Positions 26,401-35,442 of a stretch of 64,000 nucleotides of DNA are shown here, piece by piece; the first letter of the stretch is position 1, and every line of letters begins with the position of its first letter. Source of the DNA: a virus. Taxonomy: Duplodnaviria; Caudoviricetes. Below the pieces are notes generated by a model. That model worked only from the letters and a program-made list of their open reading frames with translations. It had not been told where the DNA came from and did no database searches. The stretch covers positions 3,123-67,122 of IMG/VR virus record IMGVR_UViG_3300030330_001640. One strand, 5' to 3'. The translations under genes were made by a program, and so were the position numbers.

Positions 26401-29400
26401 CAGCAGATGATGTAAATATGTTTACTAAAATACAAGCTGTACTTAGTAATCCAGCTGAGTTAGATGTTGATGACGTAGATCAAGGTGATGGTGATAACGC
26501 AGCTGATCAAATAAAATACTTCATGGAATTTAAAGATGAAGTTGTAGAAAACAAACCTCAGTTTGATGGTAGATTTTTTGTTAAGATATTAAAAGACGAA
26601 GTACTTAGTCAAGCTGTTTTAAATATATCAGCCGGCACAGGTAACTATCAAGTGCAAGATACTTACTCAATAGGTTATATAGCTAACTGGGATTCTAACC
26701 CAGCACAAGATTCACCTTTTTATGGAGCTGGACCTCAAGCTACTTTTGCTTGGCCAACTGACGCTAATGGTGAAGATGTTGCTGGTTTTACAGAAGCAAA
26801 TATAGACTCATGGCCAAATGGCGTACCAAACTTTGGTATTGGTAATACTGATTCAACTGAATTATTTTGGGAGTGGTGGTCAGAGCAAGTTGAAGAAGGT
26901 AACGCGCCGAGTATATTTGTGGATCAAGTACCTTGCTACTCTGATTATGTTTATTTTCAAGAACTTGATTATGTTAATTTACCAGAAGATGTGCCACCAG
27001 GTGGATCGCTTGAAGGATCGATACTACAATTTTACGGTTCGGGACTTGGGCCACTTAATTATGCCGGTGCTGGTGGTAACTGGCAGCCAGCTGGTTTATC
27101 TATTGGTAGATGTACAGAACCAGATAATTTTGGTCAATTAACTTTATCTACTTGTACTAAAGACGGATCTGGTTTTAGAGCTGGAAAAGATAGTATATTT
27201 AAATCAATAATGCAAGAACCTGGTACTTTGTTTAGATTCCAAGGTGATCCAGATCAAACAGTGTATAGAGTTATACCAATGACTCAATTGTTTACAGGTA
27301 ATACCCCTGAAAGTGATGTGTGGGATAGCTATACATATACTGATTTATTTTTGGAAAGTGGTATAAGTGGTGCAGAGCAAGCCCAAGCTTTTATGGACGA
27401 TTATTTAGTACAAAATCCATCTTGTAATTCTATAGAGATAAATGATACAAATTATCCTGCGTCTTGGGTTCAATTTTTAGCAGAATACACTGTTACGGCA
27501 CAAATGGGTCCTGTAGAAGGGCCTATATCAATAAGCGGGGCTGTTAACTTCCCGCTTAGTGGCGAACAAGTAGATGGAGATTATGATGCTTTGTATCCAC
27601 AAAAAAGACATTCTATAATAACAAGATTTGGTAGAGTAGGTACAGATGGTGTTACAGATACTTCTCGTGGTGTAGATATTTCAAGATGGGATCCAAGAGG
27701 TGAAGTAAAACACACTGGACTCGAGGGATTCGTAATAGAGGTACTAGACGAAGTAAATGAAGGTGAATTATTAGAAGATACAGTAGCAACTAGTTCAGCT
27801 TGTTGGGAGACAGAACCAAAAGAAAACATTGATGTTGATATATACTACGAAGCTAGTAGAGGTATACCAATGTATTTAACAAAGAACAATATTAACGAAT
27901 ATGTAGATCCATCTTATAATATAGACAATGCTTGTTTATTTCATGTTGATAGAAGAACTTTAGCTAATGGTAGTGTACACCCTGTTAATTTTATTAACGC
28001 ATATGTACAAAGAACACTTGGTGACGATTGTGTTCACATAGTTAAAAATACGCCAGATGGCGCAAAAGCTTTGACTACGCAAATAATAACTTTTACCGAT
28101 GCTAGAGGCGTTTCAATAGGTGATGTTGTTGCTTTTCATCATATAGGATATCATAGTAATACTAATAAAAGATATGCTTTGATGACTAGATCAAAAGTAT
28201 TAGATCATATGAAGCCTAGAGTTTATGGTAACGCGTTTGATAATATAGTTGACGTACCTGTACAGTCTGATAGATACGGACCTATAACAGGTGATAGTGT
28301 TAATCTTTTAACCGAAGAATTAAATCCTTATCGTATAACTTTTGATATTTCTGATTGGACTAATGGTGGTGGTGGTACAGTTTCGGACATGAATATAACA
28401 GAAGGTATGGAAGTTATAAGTGGCAACACTGATGTTGGCACTTTTGTTACAGATATACTTGTTACAGCTAATCAACAACAAGTTATAGTAATAGTTAATA
28501 AACCTGTTTTAGTAAAAGGTACTGGTAGATTTACTTTTATAGACGTTACCGGTTGGTTTAGAATAGAAAGAGATACTTGGAAATTTGATGTAGACTTAGG
28601 TTGGTTTAATTGCTACTCGTTTGGTAATGGCGTTGAGTCAGATAGAATTAGAGATGACTTTAATGCACCACAAATAGATAATGGTGTTAGAGTATCTTCT
28701 ACGTTTTTAGAGTACAGAGAAGAGCATCTAAGCAGCAATCTGATACATTCATCTGAGATATTTAACTCTACATCTGGAATCAATGGTTTAAATCAGTTTA
28801 ATATGGCTGAAAAAATAACTAAAAGTTTAAACCCAATATATGGTTCTATACAAAGATTAAAAACAAGGGATACTAATTTAGTTACATTTTGTGAAGATAA
28901 AGTTTTAAAAGTATTAGCAAGCAAAGATGCTTTATTCAATGCTGATGGAAACACAAATCTTACTGCTACGGATAGAGTATTAGGTACAGCAATACCATTT
29001 GTAGGTGATTATGGAATATCTAAAAATCCAGAGTCATTAGCAACTGATACATACAGATTATATTTTACAGATAAACAAAGAGGCGCTGTATTAAGATTAT
29101 CTGGTGACGGATTAACACCTATATCTAACGTAGGTATGAAAACTTATTTTAGAGAGTTTTTACCTAAGTGTGATAATATAATAGGTACATATGATGTCGT
29201 TAATGGTGAATACAATGTAACACTCAGTATAAATGAAGTTGAGCAAGGTGAAACAGTATGTGCTTGTACTACCTGTTGTGGATGCGGTTGTAGCCAAGCT
29301 GTTAAACCTCAAACTATAACATTTAATGAAGGCGGCAAAGCGTGGGTTAGTTTTAAATCTTTTGTTTTTGCATGTGGCTCTTCTGTAAGTGGTAAATATT

Positions 29401-29993
29401 TTACAGCTCCACTTCCTTTTCATAGAGGTGATCAAGCTGGTGGTTCTGGCGCTACCGTTGAGGCGCAAAATCAAAATGGATCTCCACTTACTAAAATATG
29501 GATGCATCATGATGAAACCGTAAATAGAAATAACTTCTATGGAGCTGGGTTTCAATCTGAAATAGAAGTTACATTTAATGACATGCCTGATACAGTTAAA
29601 TCGTTTAAGGCTATAAATTATGAAGGATCAAGAGCTAATATTGAACCGTTTACACAAACAGTTGGTTATGACGTTGAAAATCCACTAGGCACTGTTTATA
29701 CAGATGGAAATTATTATAATCTATCAAATCAAAATGGATGGAAAGTAAATTCTTTTGATACTGATTTACAAAATGGTTTTGTACCTGAATTTATACAAAA
29801 AGAAAATAAGTGGTTTAATTTTATTCACGGTGAGGTAACTACTGTTAATAATTTAGATACAACAGCAATAACTGGTAACGTTGCTGCGTTTAATGTACAA
29901 GGTATAGGATTTATATTAGAAGATCCTACTGATACTCAAACTGAAGCAAACGTAGAAGTACAAGGAAACAATCCACAAAATGAAGAAGATTAA
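23478..29993 (+). CDS. tail nozzle / stabilisation protein (P22 gp10-like position) with large insertions
   Basis: F..GKMNKDLDERLV..GEYRDALN start; YGISKNPES, FTDKQRGAVLRL, WVSFKS and KSFKAINYEG C-terminal motifs. Confidence 0.75.
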   Translation: MPEIKRTFTAGKMNKDLDERLVRNGEYRDALNIQVRTTDGEGTGIGDAGTVQNIKGNNNFTPEIYKTIGYNQSVDAEGENNTNITRFLGSVADEKNDKAYFLAAAPWPIITNNGLDIPIVDFEYLPHDVITNNQIADSELVSNDEDFDPHNNVDDAITQGSSPKIWVDSIIELDAVNESTNPIFIDKYAVTGRWHDCISVADDAVQPPSPGFTQINVIDGSLYRVGMIMYIQNNDGEHLLFRNGENNNDGNGAEIVDIQGNTLTLSKPQVSDLYDLYLNSSLDWSSAVKFVAERVLEFDYWKIVSKGSVKLNLIPNVNLINDLLFWTDGINEPKKINITRSKRGTSLSGYSSNPMHTKLFVSDPSDQTATYPDDLVDVRDLEPSLVVEGGDVLKENVTVIREAPKSPPSLYMRNTDRTSEINFVVSYNFTDEELVPPLPNVGTLRTITDDVFLGIDIRINDVLTFTNTFYDQNPIIIKAVVTEVNDNTITVRIMFLDNDYDQVTLEQNLWNVLIEQKKPLFETKFGRVAYRYKYEDGEYSTYSPWSELAFLPGPFSYTPSQGFNNGMSNNLRYLVVKDFIPDTSIRPLDVQAIDILWKTTDDQNVYIVKTITREIDSEWEDYVDPDLIEGELENTGALVITSEMIHRVLPTNQLFRGYDNVPKTAVTQEITANRLVYGNYTQGYDIKKVVGLKQLVVSDEINFPRAEKSVKSLRSYKFGMVFGDRYGRETPVIANGYKVVEGELVSGDISVEKSLAHFSNKFNVKQQWGSNGNSSPLNWIDYVKYYVKETSNEYYNLVLDRWYDAGDGNIWLAFPSVDRNKVDEQTYLILKNEHGNQNPVAERARYKILAIANEAPDFVKTDHRTMGRVQIDRQGIYDVEQGTQITDGVPDGLISTRKIRTSDDNFGGVDLSESNGPGITTTDFKGTIKVRIVGTYVPDGGDANNPIEAFSPWRTASRIKATGSRRGCDIREVYSADDVNMFTKIQAVLSNPAELDVDDVDQGDGDNAADQIKYFMEFKDEVVENKPQFDGRFFVKILKDEVLSQAVLNISAGTGNYQVQDTYSIGYIANWDSNPAQDSPFYGAGPQATFAWPTDANGEDVAGFTEANIDSWPNGVPNFGIGNTDSTELFWEWWSEQVEEGNAPSIFVDQVPCYSDYVYFQELDYVNLPEDVPPGGSLEGSILQFYGSGLGPLNYAGAGGNWQPAGLSIGRCTEPDNFGQLTLSTCTKDGSGFRAGKDSIFKSIMQEPGTLFRFQGDPDQTVYRVIPMTQLFTGNTPESDVWDSYTYTDLFLESGISGAEQAQAFMDDYLVQNPSCNSIEINDTNYPASWVQFLAEYTVTAQMGPVEGPISISGAVNFPLSGEQVDGDYDALYPQKRHSIITRFGRVGTDGVTDTSRGVDISRWDPRGEVKHTGLEGFVIEVLDEVNEGELLEDTVATSSACWETEPKENIDVDIYYEASRGIPMYLTKNNINEYVDPSYNIDNACLFHVDRRTLANGSVHPVNFINAYVQRTLGDDCVHIVKNTPDGAKALTTQIITFTDARGVSIGDVVAFHHIGYHSNTNKRYALMTRSKVLDHMKPRVYGNAFDNIVDVPVQSDRYGPITGDSVNLLTEELNPYRITFDISDWTNGGGGTVSDMNITEGMEVISGNTDVGTFVTDILVTANQQQVIVIVNKPVLVKGTGRFTFIDVTGWFRIERDTWKFDVDLGWFNCYSFGNGVESDRIRDDFNAPQIDNGVRVSSTFLEYREEHLSSNLIHSSEIFNSTSGINGLNQFNMAEKITKSLNPIYGSIQRLKTRDTNLVTFCEDKVLKVLASKDALFNADGNTNLTATDRVLGTAIPFVGDYGISKNPESLATDTYRLYFTDKQRGAVLRLSGDGLTPISNVGMKTYFREFLPKCDNIIGTYDVVNGEYNVTLSINEVEQGETVCACTTCCGCGCSQAVKPQTITFNEGGKAWVSFKSFVFACGSSVSGKYFTAPLPFHRGDQAGGSGATVEAQNQNGSPLTKIWMHHDETVNRNNFYGAGFQSEIEVTFNDMPDTVKSFKAINYEGSRANIEPFTQTVGYDVENPLGTVYTDGNYYNLSNQNGWKVNSFDTDLQNGFVPEFIQKENKWFNFIHGEVTTVNNLDTTAITGNVAAFNVQGIGFILEDPTDTQTEANVEVQGNNPQNEED

Positions 29994-29998
29994 AAAAT

Positions 29999-31873
29999 AT
30001 GGCTAATTATACAACAACTAGATTTAAGGCTACAGAAACTATAGGTGATTCTATTTTTAATAAAAATATGATTACTGAAGCTAGTATAAATATTTTACCC
30101 GATAAAGGTTATGTTGTTACTGCTAGTGATTTTTCTATGTCATCTTTACCAAATGGTATATCAGCTGTTACTTTCACTGATACTAAGACAGCTGGTCAAC
30201 CTGGTAATGAAGTTAAAGTGGTAGCTACTTTTGCAGATACTTTTGTTGTAGCTAAAAGAAATAAAATAGTTTTAGATTTTATTGGCGAAGCTAAAAAATG
30301 GAACGAGGAAACTAGTACAACCGTTAATACTAATATTGTTTTAATTGACGATAAAAATATAAATAAAAATGGTAGCGTAACAGTTACAGCTCAAACTAAT
30401 TATACCGTTGATACGGTAAATAATGTTGGTACTGATGGTAACTTTGATGTTATTAATAATACTGTAACAGGTAATGTTGTAAGAGGTACATCAACCAAAA
30501 TAGCTACGGTAGTGATAACGGCTGACACTGGTTATTACTTTACAAAAAAACCTGTAATGAAATTTTATAATGGATTTAATTATAACAATATAAAATCATT
30601 ATCTAATTTAAGATTAAAATTATCTAGTTCTAGTAGAAATGCTAATAAAAGAGTTACTAGTTATACTTTTAATTTATTTTATAGAAATAGTTATAATGTA
30701 GACGCTATTAATCCTTTAAGTTTTTCTTTAGAATACAACGCTATATTAGAACCAGTTTCAGTAAAAGAAGTAATAAGCATAGAGTGTTCAGGAGATAGTA
30801 TATCAGAAAGAGGTGATACTAAAAACATTTTAGTATATGGTAATGATGGCGCAGAGTTTGATCTTACTATAACTAAGAAGACAGATCCTACGGTATCTAT
30901 ATTAAATAATCCTAGTTCTTTATTAAATCCTAATGCGCCTGACACGGGTTTAGGCACTGTTGATGTTAATACACCTTTTGGTGTAGTTAAAGGTATTAAT
31001 AAAAAAATAACTTCAAGAGGTAGAAAAAAATCAAATATATCTTATTGTGCTATAATTCAAGAGTTTCCAGCATATAATGAAGTAATAAGAACGACAGCCT
31101 TAGACATGGGTAGCGGATTAAGTGGTACCACTGCTATATTTGATAGTATAGCCGACGTTAAAGTAGGTGATAGATTATTTATGGACGCGATACCTACTAA
31201 TACCATAGTTAAAGTCGCTCAAGTGCTAACATCAACAAGGTGCGAATTAGATACAACTGTTCAAGCTGCTGATGACGCAGTTGCTGTGTTTAGAAGACAA
31301 GAAAGTTATGATATAAACATATATCCAAAAGCTGGAACTACTTTAGGTTCTAGAATACCAATACAAATACCACATAAAACAATTAATCAATATAAAGATC
31401 CTGTTTTAAAATTAACAGCAACTACAGCTAATGCTAAAATAACAGCCCCAGCAGATGTTAGTATAACTGGTAGAGCTAATACTTCAGCTAGTAAACTTAG
31501 AGAAAGTTTAACAGCTACAGCAGCTAGTGGAACATCTGTAATATCTTATTATAAAGCTGGTAAAGATCGCGGAAGAAGAGACTTTTTTAGATTAACTTAT
31601 ACAGTAGCTTCTTCACACGCTGTTACTATTGATAATCAACCTGTTTTTTCTAATTTACTTTTACTTAACGCAGATGGTACTACAGCTAGTAATTGGACAA
31701 ATTGTGTTACAGCTGATAACGGAGGTACTCAAATATTAATAGGTAATATAGTTAGCGGTGTTGTTTCCTCACCATCACACGTGTATACTTTGGCATTCGA
31801 TGTTTTAATTAAGAAATTCGGCTCTGAAGATACCACCATGGTTTTAAATTTAGATAACTTAATAAGCACTTAA
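29999..31873 (+). CDS. tail-associated structural protein (Ig/beta-rich)
   Basis: Thr/Val-rich beta-strand composition; follows the nozzle gene. Confidence 0.6.
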   Translation: MANYTTTRFKATETIGDSIFNKNMITEASINILPDKGYVVTASDFSMSSLPNGISAVTFTDTKTAGQPGNEVKVVATFADTFVVAKRNKIVLDFIGEAKKWNEETSTTVNTNIVLIDDKNINKNGSVTVTAQTNYTVDTVNNVGTDGNFDVINNTVTGNVVRGTSTKIATVVITADTGYYFTKKPVMKFYNGFNYNNIKSLSNLRLKLSSSSRNANKRVTSYTFNLFYRNSYNVDAINPLSFSLEYNAILEPVSVKEVISIECSGDSISERGDTKNILVYGNDGAEFDLTITKKTDPTVSILNNPSSLLNPNAPDTGLGTVDVNTPFGVVKGINKKITSRGRKKSNISYCAIIQEFPAYNEVIRTTALDMGSGLSGTTAIFDSIADVKVGDRLFMDAIPTNTIVKVAQVLTSTRCELDTTVQAADDAVAVFRRQESYDINIYPKAGTTLGSRIPIQIPHKTINQYKDPVLKLTATTANAKITAPADVSITGRANTSASKLRESLTATAASGTSVISYYKAGKDRGRRDFFRLTYTVASSHAVTIDNQPVFSNLLLLNADGTTASNWTNCVTADNGGTQILIGNIVSGVVSSPSHVYTLAFDVLIKKFGSEDTTMVLNLDNLIST

Positions 31874-31876
31874 AAT

Positions 31877-32326
31877 ATGCCAGACGTAATATATCAATTT
31901 CCAAGAAATCAATATCCATCTTTACAAATAGGTGATATAGGATACTACGCCGCTATGGGTAATGCAACGGGTGGTTTTGAAGTAAACAATCCTAACGCTG
32001 AAGCACCATTAGTGCTTATGGGTCCTATAAAAGCTATAGATCATACAACATCATTGTCTAATGGTACGCTAACAACTACTATAACATTTGAAATGGATGA
32101 TGAAACAGAGCAACCAACAGCTAATAATCAATATATATTTTTTGTAAAAAGTGATAGAGTTAGAACAGCATTTAACACGTTATCAGGTTCAACAAATGAT
32201 GGCGCTGTTGGTATAAACGGTGTATCACCTGTAGGTTACTACGCTTCTGTTAAATATGTAAACAGTGACACATCTAAAGCGGAGATGTATGCGACTAGTT
32301 GTGAGGTAGCAGAAAGTAGTAAATAA
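31877..32326 (+). CDS. small tail structural protein
   Basis: SLQIGD start and GYYASVK..N..K.E motif; last gene before a promoter. Confidence 0.6.
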   Translation: MPDVIYQFPRNQYPSLQIGDIGYYAAMGNATGGFEVNNPNAEAPLVLMGPIKAIDHTTSLSNGTLTTTITFEMDDETEQPTANNQYIFFVKSDRVRTAFNTLSGSTNDGAVGINGVSPVGYYASVKYVNSDTSKAEMYATSCEVAESSK

Positions 32327-32345
32327 CTACTAAAAAATGTAACTA
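32317..32345 (+). promoter_or_regulatory. class II promoter-like motif before the ejection-protein operon
   Basis: TAGTAAA-N14-TGTAACTA. Confidence 0.6.
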
Positions 32346-32372
32346 TTATAATGATAAATATAAAATAAAATT

Positions 32373-33236
32373 ATGTCAAAAAAAGATAATTCTCCATTTA
32401 ATGTATTAGCAGACGGCTCTAATTATGGTGGTGCGCCACAGTATGGGCCTTTACCACAAGGAACGAATCCTGTTGGAGGCGGGCTTATGAATTTTTTAGA
32501 TCAAGCCGCAACACCTTTAGGTATAGCCACATCTATAGGTTCAAGTATATTTGGTGCTATAAAAGCTAGAAAAGAAGAAAGAAGAGCTAAAAGAAAAATG
32601 AAGAAAGAGCAAAAGAAGATGAAGGAATTAGAAAATATTTATGCAAACATAGATACTAGTAATCCTTATCTTAATATGGAGAATACAATGGAAGACTTAA
32701 CTGTTAATCAACAACAAGCAGATTTTCAAAGACAATCATTTCAACAGACTCAAGCCAATGTAATGGCTAATCTTAGAGGCGCTGCGGGTGGTAGTGGTAT
32801 AGCTGGTTTAGCGCAAGCATTAGCTCAACAGGGGCAAATAGCAGCACAACAACAATCAGCTGATATAGGTAGGCAAGAAGCTCAGAACCAAATGGCTGAA
32901 AGACAAATGGCTGGGCAAATACAAAGCATGGAAAGACAAGGTGAGCTTATTTCAAGAAAGCAACAAACAGAACAAACTGGTACTTTATTAGGTATGGCAC
33001 AACAAAGAACAGCAGCAGCTGCAGGTCAAGTAGCAGCGGCTAAACAAGCTAAGTTCGACGCTATATCAGGTGGTATAATGGGTGCAGCTAAAATGGTACC
33101 TGGATTTGGTGAAGGTTTACAAGGTGGTGGTATATTTGGAGAATCAGGAGCTGGTACGGGTGACGGAACAGATAGTGGTGGATTATTTACTGGTTACAAA
33201 GACGGTAAGTATTATATAGATGGTGTAGCACAATAA
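32373..33236 (+). CDS. internal virion / ejection protein 1
   Basis: Gly/Ala/Gln-rich helical protein with hydrophobic G-rich segments, typical of pilot/ejection proteins. Confidence 0.65.
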   Translation: MSKKDNSPFNVLADGSNYGGAPQYGPLPQGTNPVGGGLMNFLDQAATPLGIATSIGSSIFGAIKARKEERRAKRKMKKEQKKMKELENIYANIDTSNPYLNMENTMEDLTVNQQQADFQRQSFQQTQANVMANLRGAAGGSGIAGLAQALAQQGQIAAQQQSADIGRQEAQNQMAERQMAGQIQSMERQGELISRKQQTEQTGTLLGMAQQRTAAAAGQVAAAKQAKFDAISGGIMGAAKMVPGFGEGLQGGGIFGESGAGTGDGTDSGGLFTGYKDGKYYIDGVAQ

Positions 33237-33252
33237 TAATAAATAATATAAT

Positions 33253-34626
33253 ATGGCAGATAAAACATTAATATCAGGTGCGGCTCAGGTAGCAGCAACA
33301 AAAGGATCTGGAAACTTAGCGGCAGCGCAAGCGGGTACGCAAGTTGGCGCCTTCTTAGCTGACAATTTAGGTAAGATGATTCAAAAAAGAAACAATGAGT
33401 TTAATAAACTTATGGAAGCTGAGTTGGAAGCTGCTGGAGAGTTATCTCATGAAGATGCACAAAAGTTAATTAAAAGACTAAAAGGTAAAAGAGCTGGTTA
33501 TGTAATGCTAAATAAACGTGGCATGGTTGCAGCAGAAAAAGAATTACTTGAGGATGCTAAAAAAATAAAAGACAAAAAAATTACTAAAACTAAGATAATA
33601 GAAAAAATAATAGATGACTGTGAAGACAAAACGCCTTGTGATTGTTTAGAGCAAGAAATTGAAGAAACAGAAGATGGATGGGAAATAGATCCAAGGACTA
33701 AATGGGCCATAGAAAATGCTCCAGATGAAGTAATGCATACACCAGAAGGTAAGCCATATATACTTTCGTATGATCAAGCTTGGAATAATGTTGATAAAGA
33801 AGGTAATGAATTAGAAAATCCTAGATTTACTGAATCTGCAGATGGTAAAACTAAAACATCTATACATGGACATGTCTATCCAAATACTCCAGAAGGACAA
33901 GCTATATACAGAGCGCATGCAGAATCCAATTGGCAATCAGAAGGAGGTCAAGCTCTTGATTTTACTAATGAAGAAACGCTAAAAGAAACTTGGTATAAAT
34001 CTGCTACATATCAAGATCTTAAAGATAAAGATATAAAAGTTGTTGAGTCTTGGGCACAAGGTAACGAAAAGGTTAATATGACTAATATGGAATACGAAGG
34101 TCTAGTTAATTATTTATCGGTAGACAAAGAGAGTCAAACAAAAATAAGTACAGTAGTTCAAGCTGTCACAGAAGACGCTAACGCTTTTGTTGGAGGCGAT
34201 ACAACTAAGACATTTAATTATGATGCTACAAGAAATAATATTATGACTAACGTTATAAACGCTGATGGCGCAAACTTAAGATCACTAGCTAAAGATTCCA
34301 TATGGGGTGGTACATCATGGGAGACTGACATGCAAGAAGCTTTAACAAATGGTACGTATCAAGACTTAGGTATAACACAAGAGCAGGCTGAAAATCTAGA
34401 TCCAAATGGTGGTAATATAACAGCTGAAGATGCTAAAGTTATAACACAAGCTATCATGAAAGATGATGCTTTACTAAAAGAAACTTTAGGAGATTACTAT
34501 ACTAAGATCGCTGAAAATAATTACAATTTACAATCTAAAAAACCAAATGCTGATTTAAATCAAGGTGGTGGTGATACAGGTGATACTAGTGGAAGTGGTG
34601 ATGTAAATCTAGAAGAATTTGAATAA
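33253..34626 (+). CDS. internal virion / ejection protein 2
   Basis: MADKTLISGA start; helical; position. Confidence 0.6.
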   Translation: MADKTLISGAAQVAATKGSGNLAAAQAGTQVGAFLADNLGKMIQKRNNEFNKLMEAELEAAGELSHEDAQKLIKRLKGKRAGYVMLNKRGMVAAEKELLEDAKKIKDKKITKTKIIEKIIDDCEDKTPCDCLEQEIEETEDGWEIDPRTKWAIENAPDEVMHTPEGKPYILSYDQAWNNVDKEGNELENPRFTESADGKTKTSIHGHVYPNTPEGQAIYRAHAESNWQSEGGQALDFTNEETLKETWYKSATYQDLKDKDIKVVESWAQGNEKVNMTNMEYEGLVNYLSVDKESQTKISTVVQAVTEDANAFVGGDTTKTFNYDATRNNIMTNVINADGANLRSLAKDSIWGGTSWETDMQEALTNGTYQDLGITQEQAENLDPNGGNITAEDAKVITQAIMKDDALLKETLGDYYTKIAENNYNLQSKKPNADLNQGGGDTGDTSGSGDVNLEEFE

Positions 34627-34635
34627 TATATTAAT

Positions 34636-35415
34636 ATGAGCACAGACAAAACTAAAACTCACTATACATTTAAAATTACTAAAGACGGTAAACAATATCA
34701 ACTTAAAGTTAATCCTGAAAAGTTGAATCAGTTTTTTTTAAAATATCCAAACGCTATTCTTGTAAGTAGCCCACAAAACATGGTAGATGAGTTTAACAAA
34801 ACTTCTAGTCCTATTGAAGAAAGAGGTAACAATCCAAACGTGTTTGATCCAGATAATCCTGACGCATCATTGAGTGTATATAGTGATATTAGTGAGTTTA
34901 GCGTAGAAGGAAATGAACCTACCACTATACAAAACGAACCAGAGCCAGCTCCATCCGATATAAGAAAAACTCAATTCCATGATAGTTCGCCTTGTTTTGT
35001 TTCTGGTACTTTGATAGATATGTTTGATGGTTCAACTAAAGAAATACAAGATATAAAAGAAGGTGATTTAGTAAAATCATTTAAAGATGGTGAGTACGTT
35101 TCTGGAAAAGTAACTAAAAAACTAATATACGAAATAAACGATATAATGCCTGTAGCGCTATTAGAAGGTATAACGGGTTCTATTTATCATCCAGTTTTAA
35201 TTAATAATAAATGGATTGAACTTGGTGAGGCACCAATAGAAAAAGAACTAGACAATATGTTCATAGATACATATTACAATTTAGAAATAGATGGTGATAA
35301 TAATAATAGCAATCACAATTATATTATAAACGGACATATAATGTCTGGGCTTGGCGATTGCGAACATTTAAATAATAAATTCAAAAGACAAAATATATAC
35401 AAAGAAATTGTATAA
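34636..35415 (+). CDS. protein with C-terminal Hint (Hedgehog/intein) autoprocessing domain
   Basis: P|CFVSGTLI (Cys1 at 34993), IQDIKEGDLV, GSIYHPV, YYNLEIDG..HNYIING blocks; no terminal HN. Confidence 0.8.
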   Translation: MSTDKTKTHYTFKITKDGKQYQLKVNPEKLNQFFLKYPNAILVSSPQNMVDEFNKTSSPIEERGNNPNVFDPDNPDASLSVYSDISEFSVEGNEPTTIQNEPEPAPSDIRKTQFHDSSPCFVSGTLIDMFDGSTKEIQDIKEGDLVKSFKDGEYVSGKVTKKLIYEINDIMPVALLEGITGSIYHPVLINNKWIELGEAPIEKELDNMFIDTYYNLEIDGDNNNSNHNYIINGHIMSGLGDCEHLNNKFKRQNIYKEIV

Positions 35416-35442
35416 TTAATAACGGGTAACTAACGAAACAGT

